Assembly: GCA_951406725.2 (NCBI GenBank)
Contig: OX597822.1
Span: 78,306,001 to 78,370,000, forward strand
Source of the DNA: Octopus vulgaris
Lineage: Eukaryota
Direction: 5' to 3'
DNA: 64,000 bases
Each line of letters starts with the position of its first letter. Position 1 is the stretch's first letter. The position numbers and the translations under genes were made by a program. Shown one piece after another: positions 10,436-23,316 of this stretch. The notes under the pieces were generated by a model, which did not search any database, was not told the DNA's origin, and was given only the letters and a program-made list of their open reading frames with translations.

Positions 10436-11715
10436 GGAGACATTTTTTATCTTTATCTCACATCCTGATCTTGTTGCAAATAAGGAATCACAAAAGCAAA
10501 TGAAGACGATCTATTTTGGAATAATATTAAAGTACTTCCGGATATTTAGTAGCAGTGAAGGACATGGTTCAAGCATGACATTTCCTTCACGGCATCTGAG
10601 AAATTTTGGTTCATCCTTTTACACACACACACACTCAACACACACACACATACACTCAAACGTGCGCGCACACACACATACACACACTCAAAATCGCACA
10701 AACACACACACACACTCATACATAATAAATTTGTGTGTGTGCGTGCGCGTGCATGTGAGTACAAATATGTATGTATATATTTGTATATACTCATATATAT
10801 GTATACATACTATATATACATCCATATAAAAGCGCACACGCAGACATATATTCATACACACACACACACACACTCATAAATAATATACGTATGTGTGTGT
10901 GAATGTATGTGTGTGTGTGAATGTATGTGCGTGTATGGATGTGTGTGTGTGCGTGCAAATATGTATGTACATCTGTGTATGTGTATATATATGTATATAC
11001 GTATATACATACATACATACATACATGCATACATATATACATACTATATATCCATCCATATATATGCATGTATATGTATGCACACGGACACATTTAGATA
11101 TATACAGATATATATACACACACACACACATAGACACACACATACACACACACACACATATATGTATGTATATGTATGTATGCATCTTTATACATATATA
11201 TATATTTCTGAGAAAAGTGATATTGTTTCCGTGCAGGGATAGGTATATTTTTCTGAGAATATATATATATATACATGTGTGTGTGCGCACGCGCGTATTA
11301 CGTGTGTGTGTGTGTGTGTTTTGTATAAACTATCCACTTAAGCAAGTTAAAAAATAACTCGTTTGGTGGACAATTTGAGAGGAAATGACAGTGGTTCAAA
11401 GAGTTTGGGAGTTTCGTTAGTGGAGAAGGAAGTTCTCTGGAATGACGTGGACAAGCACAAAAGGACAATAGTAACCAGCCATTCCATTATAACCTCACCT
11501 TTACTCGTCCTGGTTTTTATCTGGTTAACTGGGGTCAAAAGTCAGACGAACCGGGACGAGTGGCAACGACAAAGGCTCTAGGAAGCGATTCCTCGTATAT
11601 AATTCAATTTCCAATTGCTGTATCCGTCGAGTATCAGAATAAAGATGTTGTCCATACTGTGTGAGTGTATGTTTAAAACCTCGCACACACACAGAACGCG
11701 CACACATACACACAC

Positions 11716-11792
<77 letters not shown>

Positions 11793-11918
11793 CATACTAC
11801 ACACATACACATGCATATCTATACACACACACACATATAAATTTATGTTTATATTCATATTCTGTTAGTCTTTTACTTGTTTCAGTCATTTGACTGCGGC
11901 CATGCTAGAGCACCACAT

Positions 11919-11968
<50 letters not shown>

Positions 11969-11969
11969 C

Positions 11970-12022
<53 letters not shown>

Positions 12023-12364
12023 TATATATATATATCTGTGTGTGTGTGTCTTTGTGTCTATGTTTGTTTATCCCCACCGCCTGACAACCGGCGTTGGCGT
12101 GTTTACGTCCCTGAAACGTAACGGTTCGGCAAAAGTGACCGATGTAATAAGTACAAACCTTTAAAAGAAATAAGTAGTGGGATCGATTCATCCGACTTAA
12201 ATTTCTTCAAGCGGTGCCCTAGCATGGCTGCGGTACCTTCCCAAGCGTCAAACTAATACATCTACTTGTTGTTTATACACCTGTCTTCGTCTTTGTTTTT
12301 CTGTAAATTTCAACTATACACACACACACATGTATGTGTATATGTAAATAAATGTAATATAAAT

Positions 12365-12467
<103 letters not shown>

Positions 12468-12495
12468 TAATAAACTTTGTAAACAAAAGATAATA

Positions 12496-12584
12496 GTGCC
12501 TCAAGAAAAGGGAGCCTAACATATATGTAATAACTTAAATTTGCATAACTCTTTGTCGGCTTTCCTTGGAAACATATGTAGTAC
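12496..12584 (+). ncRNA. Type I hammerhead remnant with long stem II (G5->C)
   Basis: GUGC-CUCAAGA-AAAGGGAGCC...GGCUUUCCUUG-GAAA-CAUAUG-UA^-GUAC; palindromic stem III. Confidence 0.55.
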
Positions 12585-12869
12585 GTATTTATTCACTCCT
12601 CTCTCTACACCCAATGATTTATAATTGCATAGTTGGCAATTATAGAGGATCATTTAACTGGAATCTTCATCGAATCCTACAAGAGACGGAATGTATGACA
12701 CACTGATTAATAAACATTGTTGTTGATCGTATATTCTCTGTTTTGTGTTATCTGTACAAGCCCCGAATATGCTTCAGGCTAATAAACTGCCTGTCCCAAG
12801 ATCTTTTTGAATCGCACAACTCTATATACACATACACATATGTATATGTATATAATCCATCACTATATA

Positions 12870-13266
12870 GGCGCAGGAGTGGCTGTTTGGTAAGTAGCTT
12901 GCTAACCAACCACATGGTTCCGGGTTCAGTCCCACTGCGTGGTATCTTCTGCTATAGCCCCGGGCCGACCAATGCCTTGTGAGTGGATTTGGTAGACGGA
13001 AACTGAAAGAAGCCTGTCGTATATATGTATATATATATATATATATATAAGTGTGTGTGAATATGTTTGTGTGTCTGTGTTTGTTTCCCTAGCATTGCTT
13101 GACAACCGATGCTGGTGTGTTTACGTCCCCGTCACTTAGCGGTTCGGCAAAAGAGACCGATAGAATAAGTACTGGGCTTACAAAGAATAAGTCCCGGGGT
13201 CGATTTGCTCGACTAAAGGCGGTGCTCCAGCATGGCCGCAGTCAATTGACTGAAACAAGTAAAGAG
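12870..13266 (+). mobile_element. SINE family A, near full length
   Basis: ggcgcaggagtggctg head, B-box-like gggttcagtccc, canonical tail. Confidence 0.9.
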
Positions 13267-13274
13267 TATATATA

Positions 13275-13450
13275 TATTTGTCGCCAAGCTAACATGGCAG
13301 TCCAGAAAAATAGGACAAATGCTGCCGTTGATTAAGTCCCCTGTTCGAAGGTTGTAATGGACACAGGTTTGTGTGTCACATAGCTAGCTGGAGGTGATGG
13401 CAGCATTCGTCCTATTTTTCTGGACTAACATGTTAGCTTGGGGACAAATA
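13275..13450. repeat. Foldback / MITE-like element with ~55-bp arms
   Basis: tatttgtcgccaagctaacatggcagtccagaaaaataggacaaatgctgcc and its reverse complement at about 13398-13450. Confidence 0.85.
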
Positions 13451-13495
13451 TTAATACCAGTATTGCTGCCATAGTTTCCTTTAGAGAGATTTAGA

Positions 13496-13587
<92 letters not shown>

Positions 13588-13614
13588 TTTATATATGTTT
13601 ACACATATATACAT

Positions 13615-13645
<31 letters not shown>

Positions 13646-14678
13646 CATGTGGCACTCCGTCGCTTACGACGACGAGTGTTCCAGTTGATCCGATCAACGG
13701 AACAGCCTGCTCGTGAAATTAATGTCCAAGTAGCTGAGCACTCCACAGACACACGTGTACCCTTAGCGTAGTTCTCGACTCTAGGTTTAGGTATTGCTCG
13801 TGTGGGAAAAATTTTTTAAATTACTCAATTTTTTCTTTCATTTTTATATATGAGTGTGTATGTGTATACACACACACACACAGCCATTCTGTTCAAAGAA
13901 TGACCGTAATATGAAACATCATTAAGTGTCTTTTCCAGGTGGTGCTTTTAAGTGAGCCATGGCCTCTGCCAATTCTAGCCGAAACTTCTCTAAGTATTCT
14001 AGATATTTTAAGTGTGTGCGTGCGTCGTCTGACACCGGAAAAAAAACATGCTTGTGTTATCAACTTAATTAGCTTACAGCTGTTCCTACAGTGAAATGCA
14101 ATGGACTCTTAGTTGAACGCCTGAATAACATTCTATAGCTTATATTTTTCGCCTTATTTGTTCTGCATTTTCTACTAGCAAATCTAATTGCCTTTGAGAC
14201 ATACTTTTATTTATATACATAAGCAATGACTTTCTCACTAGTAACGCTTTCCCTGTACATCATTTTTTAATCCCCAAATAAATTGCACTTCATATTCGAG
14301 GCTCCGATAAAGCAATAGGATGTTATTCTTGCACTCAAATAAGAGTTCACTGTATCTTATAACGGAAACAGGTGTAAGGTAAGGCAGTTCATAACATAAC
14401 CATCGTTTTCCTGCGTCATTACTTTTTTACTCATTACCGCTCTATACCAGCCTAATACTTTGTCCTGAAATATACCAATATTGAGTTCTACAGCAGGTTA
14501 TTAGTCTCACAATGTCTAAGCGAAATTTGTGTGTGTGTGTGTTTGTGTGCGTGCGTGTCTGTGTAATATGTGTATGTATATGCATACATACATACTTAAA
14601 TGCACTCATACATACATACACATGCATGCATACATACATACAAACACACATACATACATATATACATACATACATACA

Positions 14679-14712
<34 letters not shown>

Positions 14713-14826
14713 CATGCATACATACATACATACATACATACATACATACATACATACATACATACATACATACATACATACATACATACATACATACATA
14801 CATACATACATACATACATACATACA

Positions 14827-14857
<31 letters not shown>

Positions 14858-14972
14858 TAGAGTGGTATAGTTTGCATGAAATATTGTCTGATATAGATAA
14901 CTGTTTGTAATTTATTTGAAAAGCCAAAACAATGTGAGTTATAAGAAACAAGATAAATTAATGGTTAATAGT

Positions 14973-15010
14973 TTTCTTGAAGAAGAGGTCTTAACCCCGA
15001 AATATCGAAA
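14973..15010 (+). ncRNA. Degenerate minimal hammerhead motif (C3->U)
   Basis: UUUC-UUGAAGA-A-GAGG..CCCC-GAAA-UA-UC^-GAAA. Confidence 0.45.
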
Positions 15011-15091
15011 TGCAAGATAAAAGTGCCATCTATTGACTTATATTATTTCTAGTGACGAACAATATTTTGCTTTAAAAAAAATTAAAATATT

Positions 15092-15147
<56 letters not shown>

Positions 15148-15214
15148 AGGATAGGTAGATATATAGTAGATAGATAGATACCAATTTGGTAGACGGTGAC
15201 TATATAGGACACCG

Positions 15215-15253
<39 letters not shown>

Positions 15254-16401
15254 TGTGTGTGAATGTGTGGTGTGTGTGAATGTGTGGTGTGTGTCTCGTC
15301 TCTTGACAATAGGTGCTCGTTTGTTTATATCCCTGTAACTTAGCGGTTTAACAAAAAAAACATGTAGAATAAGCACCAGACTTTTGAAAACAACATAAGC
15401 GCTGGGGTCGATTCACCCAACCAAAAATTCTTCAAGGTGGTGCCCCAGCATGGCCGCAGTCCAATGACTCAAACCAGTGGAAGGTAAAGTTTTCAAAAAA
15501 GTAATCTGCCTTGTATAAATCTGTTAATTCTATAAAAAAAATCACAACTCCTTAAAAACTCATACCCTACCCGCCAACTCTAAACCCAGTAACCCGTGCA
15601 TTTACCGCCCACATTGAGCTTCCAATGTCTCCATTGGATACTCTCACCCATGTTCAGAACCATTTGCCAGGGGGATGTTTTTCCGTTGGTTCGATGTATG
15701 TGATTCGGTAGTGTAGGTGGGAAGGGATAGTCCTCCATCCCGTTTCCTAAAAGGACCGTTTGCGACACTTTTATAATGGCGGCACTTTCGGGTTTGCTTT
15801 ATAAGCCTGTTATAGGTTCGGGGTGGGGGCTGGGACTAGTGGGCTTCCTCGAATGGCACACATTCTAGCTACGTCACTGGTTCGATGTAATCTATTCATT
15901 GCTGCTTTGGGTGTTGTTGTTGCTGTTGTTGTTGTTGTTGGTGGTGGTGGTCCAGTGCAGTTGCGTAGCTAGAGTGAGGGTAGGAGTAACTGGCCCTCTG
16001 TCGGTTACAACGATGAGTGCTCTTGTTGATCCGATCAATGGAACAGCCAGCTCATGAAATTAACGTCCAAGTGGCTGCGTACTCCATAGACACAGGTACC
16101 TTAACGTAGGATATTCAGCATGACACACAATGTGATGAGGCTGGCCCTTAGGAATATAGGTACGACTCATTTTTATCAGCTGAGTGGACTGGAGCAACGT
16201 GGAATAAACTGTCTTGCTGAAGGGCACAATGCGTAGCCGGGAATTGAACTCACAATTCTATGATTGTGAGCCTAATACTTTAATCACTTAGCCACACGCC
16301 TTCTCTGACAGTAGAGGTAAGGGGCGGTTCGTCCCGGTCGATACCTTTATGGGGACGGTACTGTTGGTTCTACTGTATAGACTTGGAGACCCGGGGCAGG
16401 A

Positions 16402-16945
16402 CGCGAAATTTTTTTCCCCACGAGAGATCTGGACCCCAGTTATGAACTCATTTGCATACAGCCAATCAAAGCTCAACTATTAAACTAACTTATGAGCGCA
16501 TAACAAGTGAGGGGTGATAAAATAAGGTCACTTGGGTAAAGAATGACCATACTTCTTTTCTCTTTTAAGAATGCTTATTGTTCTTGTTCTTGTTTCAACC
16601 ATGACTGCCTCTGCATAGTTATTTGTGCTGTTGTAAAACAGTAAGGGGAGAGGGTTGCTAGCACATCACCCTCTACCCACATTTTTCTCATCCACATCTC
16701 TACTATATGGGGCCCTAACAAAATCCGATAATCGGTATAGAAGCAAATCTATCTAATTACTTGTCTCCTTCTAAAATCAGGCGTAACTTGGCGATCGGTC
16801 GACTTACAACACCGTTCTTCGTCTTGAGTTTACTCGGTAGAGTGTGTTTGTTAACTTGACAACAAGGTCAAGGCGAGGTCTGACTGGCTGTATGCAAATG
16901 AGTTCATTACTGGGGTCCGGAACTCTCGTGGGAAAAAATTTCGCG
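16402..16945. repeat. Inverted ~72-bp arms (16402-16474, 16875-16945) containing octamer motifs, possibly within a hAT-type non-autonomous element (15958-17008)
   Basis: The arms are reverse complements. Outer ends cagttgcgtagct / agctacgtcactg resemble TIRs; no TSD was found. Confidence 0.7.
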
Positions 16946-17198
16946 GCCAGGACCGCAAATTCAAGAGCTGCTCTAGGCGGCACACAGTCTAGTCCAGCTA
17001 CGTCACTGATAATATATGTTGTTTTGTTGTTGTTCAGCCCAAGGTCAACCCTGGTTAAAACGGACTCATGGTCGAAGGCTCTTCAACTACGACCAACCCA
17101 GACTACATTATATAATACGTCTTTCTTTCTTTGATGACAATGCAGTGTGATTAAAGAGAGTTTTAGCTGTTGTTTCTAGTAGATCGAGTATCACAGAT

Positions 17199-17370
17199 CA
17201 GTGACTCTCAACCTTTTTAAAACCTGGATTTTCTTAGGAGACACACCAAAAAAGTAAAATACTAGCCAGTGAAAGAAAAATTATATTTATAGAGAGAAGA
17301 CGGTCGAGGGCCGCCGGAAGGATGCTTGAGGGCCACATGCCGCTCTGGGAGTTACGGTTGAGAACCGCTG
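17199..17370. mobile_element. hAT-type MITE
   Basis: TIRs cagtgactctcaacc / ggttgagaaccgctg. Confidence 0.6.
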
Positions 17371-17539
17371 ATTGATATACTTCGTTAGAGAGGAAGAGAT
17401 AGTGGTGGAGTAGGGGTGGTATGTTGTCATTAGCTTGTTTCCTATTCGACTCCTATCGATTACCTAAATATCAACGAAATGGTGTAATCGATATTGTTGT
17501 GAAATCAGTGTATCTATTTCGGTAAACAAACGTATAAAT

Positions 17540-18225
17540 AAATGCATGAGTGAATGAATGAATGAATGAATGAATGAATGAATAAGCATTCGAGTAAATG
17601 AGTGACTAAAATAATGAATGAAAGACGAAATGAGTGATTGATTGTTTGAATGAATTAAAAATGATTGAATAAATGAATGAGTGAATGAACGAATGACTGA
17701 CTGACTGACAGAATGAATGAATGAACGAATAAATAAATGAATAAACAAATGAATGAATGATTGATTGAAAAAGTATACGAATGACTAGCTGACAGACTAG
17801 GAATGAATGAATTAAATAATAATAATAAATGACCGCCTGAGTGACCGAATGAATGGGTGAATAGATAAATGACAGAATGAATGAATGAATAAAAACGAGA
17901 CTGACTGAATGAATGAATAAATGAATGAGTAAATAAATGAACGAAAGAATGAATGAACAAACGAATGAATAAAAAGTAAGACTGAATGAAACAATGAATG
18001 AATGATTGACTAAATCAATGAAATGAATGAATGAACGAATGAATGAAAGCAAGACTGACTGACTGAATGAATGAATGAATGTGTGAATGAATGAATGAGC
18101 GAACGAATAAATAAACAAACGATTAAATGAAACGATGAAAGAATGATTGACTAATTGAATGAATAACTGAATGAATCGATGAATGAATGAAGGAATGAAT
18201 GAATGAAGGAATCGATAATCAATAG
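17540..18225. repeat. Degenerate (GAAT)n simple satellite
   Basis: Direct reading. Confidence 0.95.
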
Positions 18226-18689
18226 GGTAGTTCAGATATCAATAAGCACAGCTGTTGATCTGTGAGGGATGATAATAAGTGATATTAAAACATTCAAATA
18301 TACAACGAGCCAACGACGAGACGTCCTCTGTGTAGATGTCCCATCTGCTAGATATAATAGCTAAAACTCTCTCATATCTCACGCATTATACTCTAAAAAA
18401 AACAGAAGGGTATATTAGATAATGTAGTCTGAAATATACTTAAAAGCAAAAATAGACGGGACAGCCCGAGCTGTAACACCTTTAATAATGGTGTTGCTTG
18501 ACCTGTTTGCTAAGAAAGAGCAACCAGAGTCTGTAAACCACAACTGTTGCTTTAGATAAGAAAGGAAGGACACTAGTTTTGGCCGTAGCAGTAGTAGCGG
18601 TGGAGAGGAATGGACGATTGGGAGATGGTGTGTGATGGTTGTGGTCGTTGGTGATGGCAGCGTTAGGGGGTCGTGGTGCGTAGAGTATA

Positions 18690-18794
18690 GTAGTAGTGGT
18701 AGTGGTGATAATGGTGGTGGTGGTGGTGGTGGTATTGATGTGTTGGCTATGATGGTGTTTGTAGTGATGGTAATGATGGTGATGTTGGTGGTCT

Positions 18795-18849
<55 letters not shown>

Positions 18850-19305
18850 GGTGGTGGTGGTGGTGGTGGTGGTGGTAGTAGTAGTTGTTGGTGGTGGTGT
18901 TGTTGTAGGAGTAGTAGTGATGGTCATTATGTTGTTAGTAATACTATTTCTAGTGATGGTGGCGATGGTGTTCGCGGTGGTGATGGTGGTGGTAATTCTT
19001 TCTGCTTTAGGCCCACAACTTGAAAATTTTGAGGGAGTGGGGGATAGTCGGTTACATGGACCTTAATACACAACTGGTACCTATTTTATTGAGCCCGAAA
19101 GGATGAAAGACAAAGTCGACCTCCCTTTCAGGTTAAGTGATGATAATGATGATGAAGATGATGATGATGATGATGATGATGATGACGATGATGGTTGTGG
19201 TGGTGGTGGTGGTGGTGGTGGGGGTGGTGGTGTTGGCGGCGGCGGTGATGATGATAATGGTAGTGATGTTGATGATCATGGTGATGATGGTAATGATGGT
19301 GAAGA
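18690..19305. repeat. Compound (GGT)/(GTA)/(GAT) trinucleotide tracts with an embedded SINE B fragment (about 18995-19125, minus)
   Basis: Direct reading. Confidence 0.85.
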
Positions 19306-19623
19306 CGGTGATAGGAGAGAAAATTTCGATTTCCTTACAAAACCGTTAAAAAAAAAATTGGCAAAATAATCCGGTATCTTCATTAATAAATCACGAGCGC
19401 ACTTGCGTGTACGTGTGTGTATGTGTGTGTGTGTATTTATCTATATTCGTGTGTGACTACTTGTGTTCGTGCGAATGTGTGTATGGGTGTGCGTGTGTGT
19501 GAGTGTGTATGTGTCTACCTGCATTTGTGTGTGACTGTATTTGCGTGTGTGGGTGTATGTACGTGTGAGCGTGTATGTGACGCTGTCTGTGCAGTCCTCT
19601 GTATGTGTGAGTGTTATCTGTAT

Positions 19624-19661
<38 letters not shown>

Positions 19662-19924
19662 CTGTGTGTGAGTGTGCGCGTGTGTGCGTTACTGTTTTGT
19701 CCTACATGAGCGTAAATCGATGAAACCTATTGATCGAAGGGCCTCAGAATGTAACCAGCTCTATTTCTGTTCTGTTTCCTTTTTCCCGGGAATAGTATAT
19801 CTAGGACTACATTAACCGATGTGTCCTTCCTTTTAGCTATTAACATAACATATGGTATGGAGTCAAATTTAAATGCTATTTCTAGCAGATCAAACAATTA
19901 CCTAGAGGCTTCGTCGCTGGTCTG

Positions 19925-19960
<36 letters not shown>

Positions 19961-19981
19961 CACAGGTGTATGTAAGAAAGT

Positions 19982-20031
<50 letters not shown>

Positions 20032-20344
20032 GACAGAGACAATTCGCATGGGCGTCAATGGTGTTTGAGGAGTGCGTGGGTGTCCGTAATTGGTGTTTTT
20101 CTATTAGACACAAACTGATGATATACACTATAAATAGACATCGACTATAAATAGATACAGGCTGTACATACATACATACATACATACATACATACATACA
20201 TACATACATACATACATACATACATACATACATACATACATACACATATACATATATGGTAGACGGAAAGTGAAAGTAGCCCATCGTAAATATATATTAT
20301 ATATATATATAAATAAATCAAAACTTACATATATATATACATAT

Positions 20345-20435
<91 letters not shown>

Positions 20436-20790
20436 TATTTGTATGTATGTATATATTTGTGTTTGTGTCTGTGTTTTTCCCCACTCCACAATTGCTTGAC
20501 AACCGATATTGGTGTGTTTACATCCCCGCGGTTTACATCCCCGCGTTTAGGTCCTCGTGTTTACATCCCCGCGGTTCAGCTTGTCAAGCGGTGTTGGGGG
20601 AACACTCACAGATGCAAAGACTACGGGCTTCTTTCAGTTTCCGTCTACCAAATCCACTCACAAGGCTTTGGTTGGCCTGAGGCTATAGTAGAAGACACCT
20701 ACCCAAGGTGCCACGTAGTGGGACTGAACCCTGATCCATGTGGTTAGAAAGCAAGCTTCTTACCACACAGCCACGCCTATATATATTATG

Positions 20791-21041
20791 TTTTGGAATA
20801 GTGGATCTCGAAGCACACATAAAGCTATAAACAATAGCATGTAAATATGGGTTGAAAAACTGTTTGGATAGGAAAAGTGGAGGGCTGCCTATGAGATACG
20901 AACCCACAACTTCTATAGACAGGTTCGTGTCTCAAGAGCAGCCTTCCACTTTCTTTTTATCTGAAAGGGTTTTTTCCAACCTAGTATTTACATGGTGTGG
21001 TTTATAGATTTATGTGTGCTTCGAGATCCACAATTCCAAAA
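20791..21041 (+). repeat. ~250-bp foldback (arms ~115 bp, 17-nt loop)
   Basis: ttttggaatagtggatctcgaagcacacat...gagatacgaacc / ggttcgtgtctc...atgtgtgcttcgagatccacaattccaaaa. Confidence 0.95.
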
Positions 21042-21642
21042 AGAATAACTTCACGCTCGCTCGAAATTTTATTAAATCCTTCTGACGTCAAAAGTACATA
21101 CATACATACATACATACATACATACATACATACATACATACATACATACATACATACATACATACATACATACATGCATGCATGCATACAGTAAAAATAT
21201 GCAAGACTTTACTAAAGTTCTAAATGTGAATTTGTCTGAGTTAACTACATCCCAAATATGGAGCCTTCTACCTTTGTTGCAAACCGGCTCCCTCCACAGT
21301 GGAAGATTTAATAATTAAAAAATAGAAGAGACATACATACATACATACATACATACATACATACATACATACATACATACATACATACCCTGTTGTTGAT
21401 GTTGAAATTTCAATGAAGGAATCTTGGGTCTAGGTTAGAAACTGGCTAATTCTCTATTGACAAGAAATCTTGAAATAAAACTAAATAATGACATAATACA
21501 TGCATGCATGCATACATACATACATACATACATACATACATACATACATACATACATACATACATGCATACATACATACATACATACATACATACATACA
21601 TACATACATACATACATACATACATACATACATACATACATA

Positions 21643-22180
21643 CATGGTGGCTGCCCCCTCAATATCAAGTATGGCCATTGCACGAAGCTTAATCAATGTT
21701 GTTAGCGTGCAATGCCTGTGCAAGAAGATTCTTTTTAAAGTGAGGAAAGGCTGTGCACTGAGTCAATCCCACTCACTAAGCAACAACAGCCATAATCCGA
21801 AAAGAAGAACAAGTCAACATCATTGGTAACCACTGAGCCGCAGGCTTTATGTCGGAGTTATCCCAGTTACCTGAGTTACCTTCTCCTAGAAGGATGCCCT
21901 AACAAAGGCTAGGAGTCCTTCACTCCCAATGATTTAACCGCACGATCGGGTATTCAGTCTGATTATTTCTATGTCCCCATGCATGATACATCCTTAAGAC
22001 ATTTATTAGATGGCCGATGACTCTCAAGAGTTCCTCCGCCCTTTGACGGGTTTTGTTTTTCATCCAGCAGGGTGTCCAATAAACACCCTCCTGTGTTGCC
22101 GGTTTAGTCGCCGACGACCCGACCATGCAACAGGTTGTACTGGGTTACATGTTACCAGTAGCACTCGAAAGTAATCTGAC
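21643..22180 (-). mobile_element. ~540-bp non-coding retroposon (family D) in a (TACA)n tract, probably an RTE-derived bipartite element
   Basis: Close, co-linear copy at 43335-43894. The minus-strand 3' end is gcagccaccatg(tatg)n. No ORF and no tRNA head. Confidence 0.75.
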
Positions 22181-22227
22181 GATAACATACATACATACAT
22201 ACATACATACATACATACATACATACA

Positions 22228-22261
<34 letters not shown>

Positions 22262-22522
22262 CATACATACATACATACATACATACATACATACATACAT
22301 ACTTACATACATACATACGTAAATATATGATGATTGCCTCATGTTGTTAGATGATAGCCGTCTCACATTCACCCTGAGTGTTCCGAGTTACCATCGCCAT
22401 GTGACGTAATGAAATACAAAACGGATGAAGAAATGAAACGACTGTGAGAAATTTGTACGTCATTGGATTTAAGTGACAAAAGCTTCTACAACACTTTTAC
22501 CAATCGCTCGGTTGCCAAAGTA

Positions 22523-22940
22523 CAGGGTGGTCCGAAAGTCTTGTTACCCCCTACATATTGTTGATTATTGTCATTATTATCATTATTTTTGTTTTAGTAA
22601 TATGACATGTGCCACACCCCACAATGCTATCACTGTCCAGAAATTCCTAAATGAAATTTATCGAGATAGATGGATAGGTCGAAGAGGGCAACAACATCCG
22701 GCACCAGTCGATTGGCTTCCCAGATGTCCAATCTTGCAATAATGCTCTGTGGGGGTATTATCAAGGAGAGAGTTTCACATAAGCGATACAAGAATACCCA
22801 ACAAATGAAGGATGCTTTTTCGGCAGTCTTTGCAACAATCACCAAAGCACAGGTTCGTAAAATATCACACAGGACATAGCACCGCATCATTTTGTGCCAC
22901 GAAAATGATGGTGTTCATACAGACCTTCTCGGTGTGTGAC
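22523..22940 (+). pseudogene. Internally deleted Tc1/mariner-superfamily transposon, DD41D(rosa)-like transposase C-terminus
   Basis: TA+cagggtggtccgaaagtc terminus; peptide ATPHNAITVQKFLNEIYRDRWIGRRG...DWLPRCP followed by a frameshifted ..GIIKERV. Confidence 0.7.
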
Positions 22941-23157
22941 AGCGTCAATGAAAGTGAATCAACTAAATCCAGTTCGTGCTTCGGATTACTGCTTTATTTG
23001 TTCTTCTATTCCTGTGTTCTGCTATTTCTAGTCTACTTACTTTTTAAAAAAAAAAATTGGTTGTTATTTCTAGCACCGGAACTATGTGCACCTTGGGATT
23101 GAACCCAGAACTATGAGGTTGGTAAGCAAGCTACTTACCACATAGCCACCCCTGCAC

Positions 23158-23305
<148 letters not shown>

Positions 23306-23316
23306 CTATGTATGTA

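Noticed and set aside
9505-11357. Many YI/MYVC/HT/poly-E/K/F ORFs here and across the window
   Set aside because: Translations of (TA)n, (TACA)n, (CA)n and (GAA)n microsatellites.
11347-11500. Signal-peptide-like minus-strand ORF MEWLVTIVLLCLSTSF...
   Set aside because: Short, with no convincing splice donor and no recognised homology.
13235-13266. Hammerhead half (cagtcaaatgactgaaacaagta-like) in the SINE A tail
   Set aside because: No CUGANGA or stem I partner in any copy.
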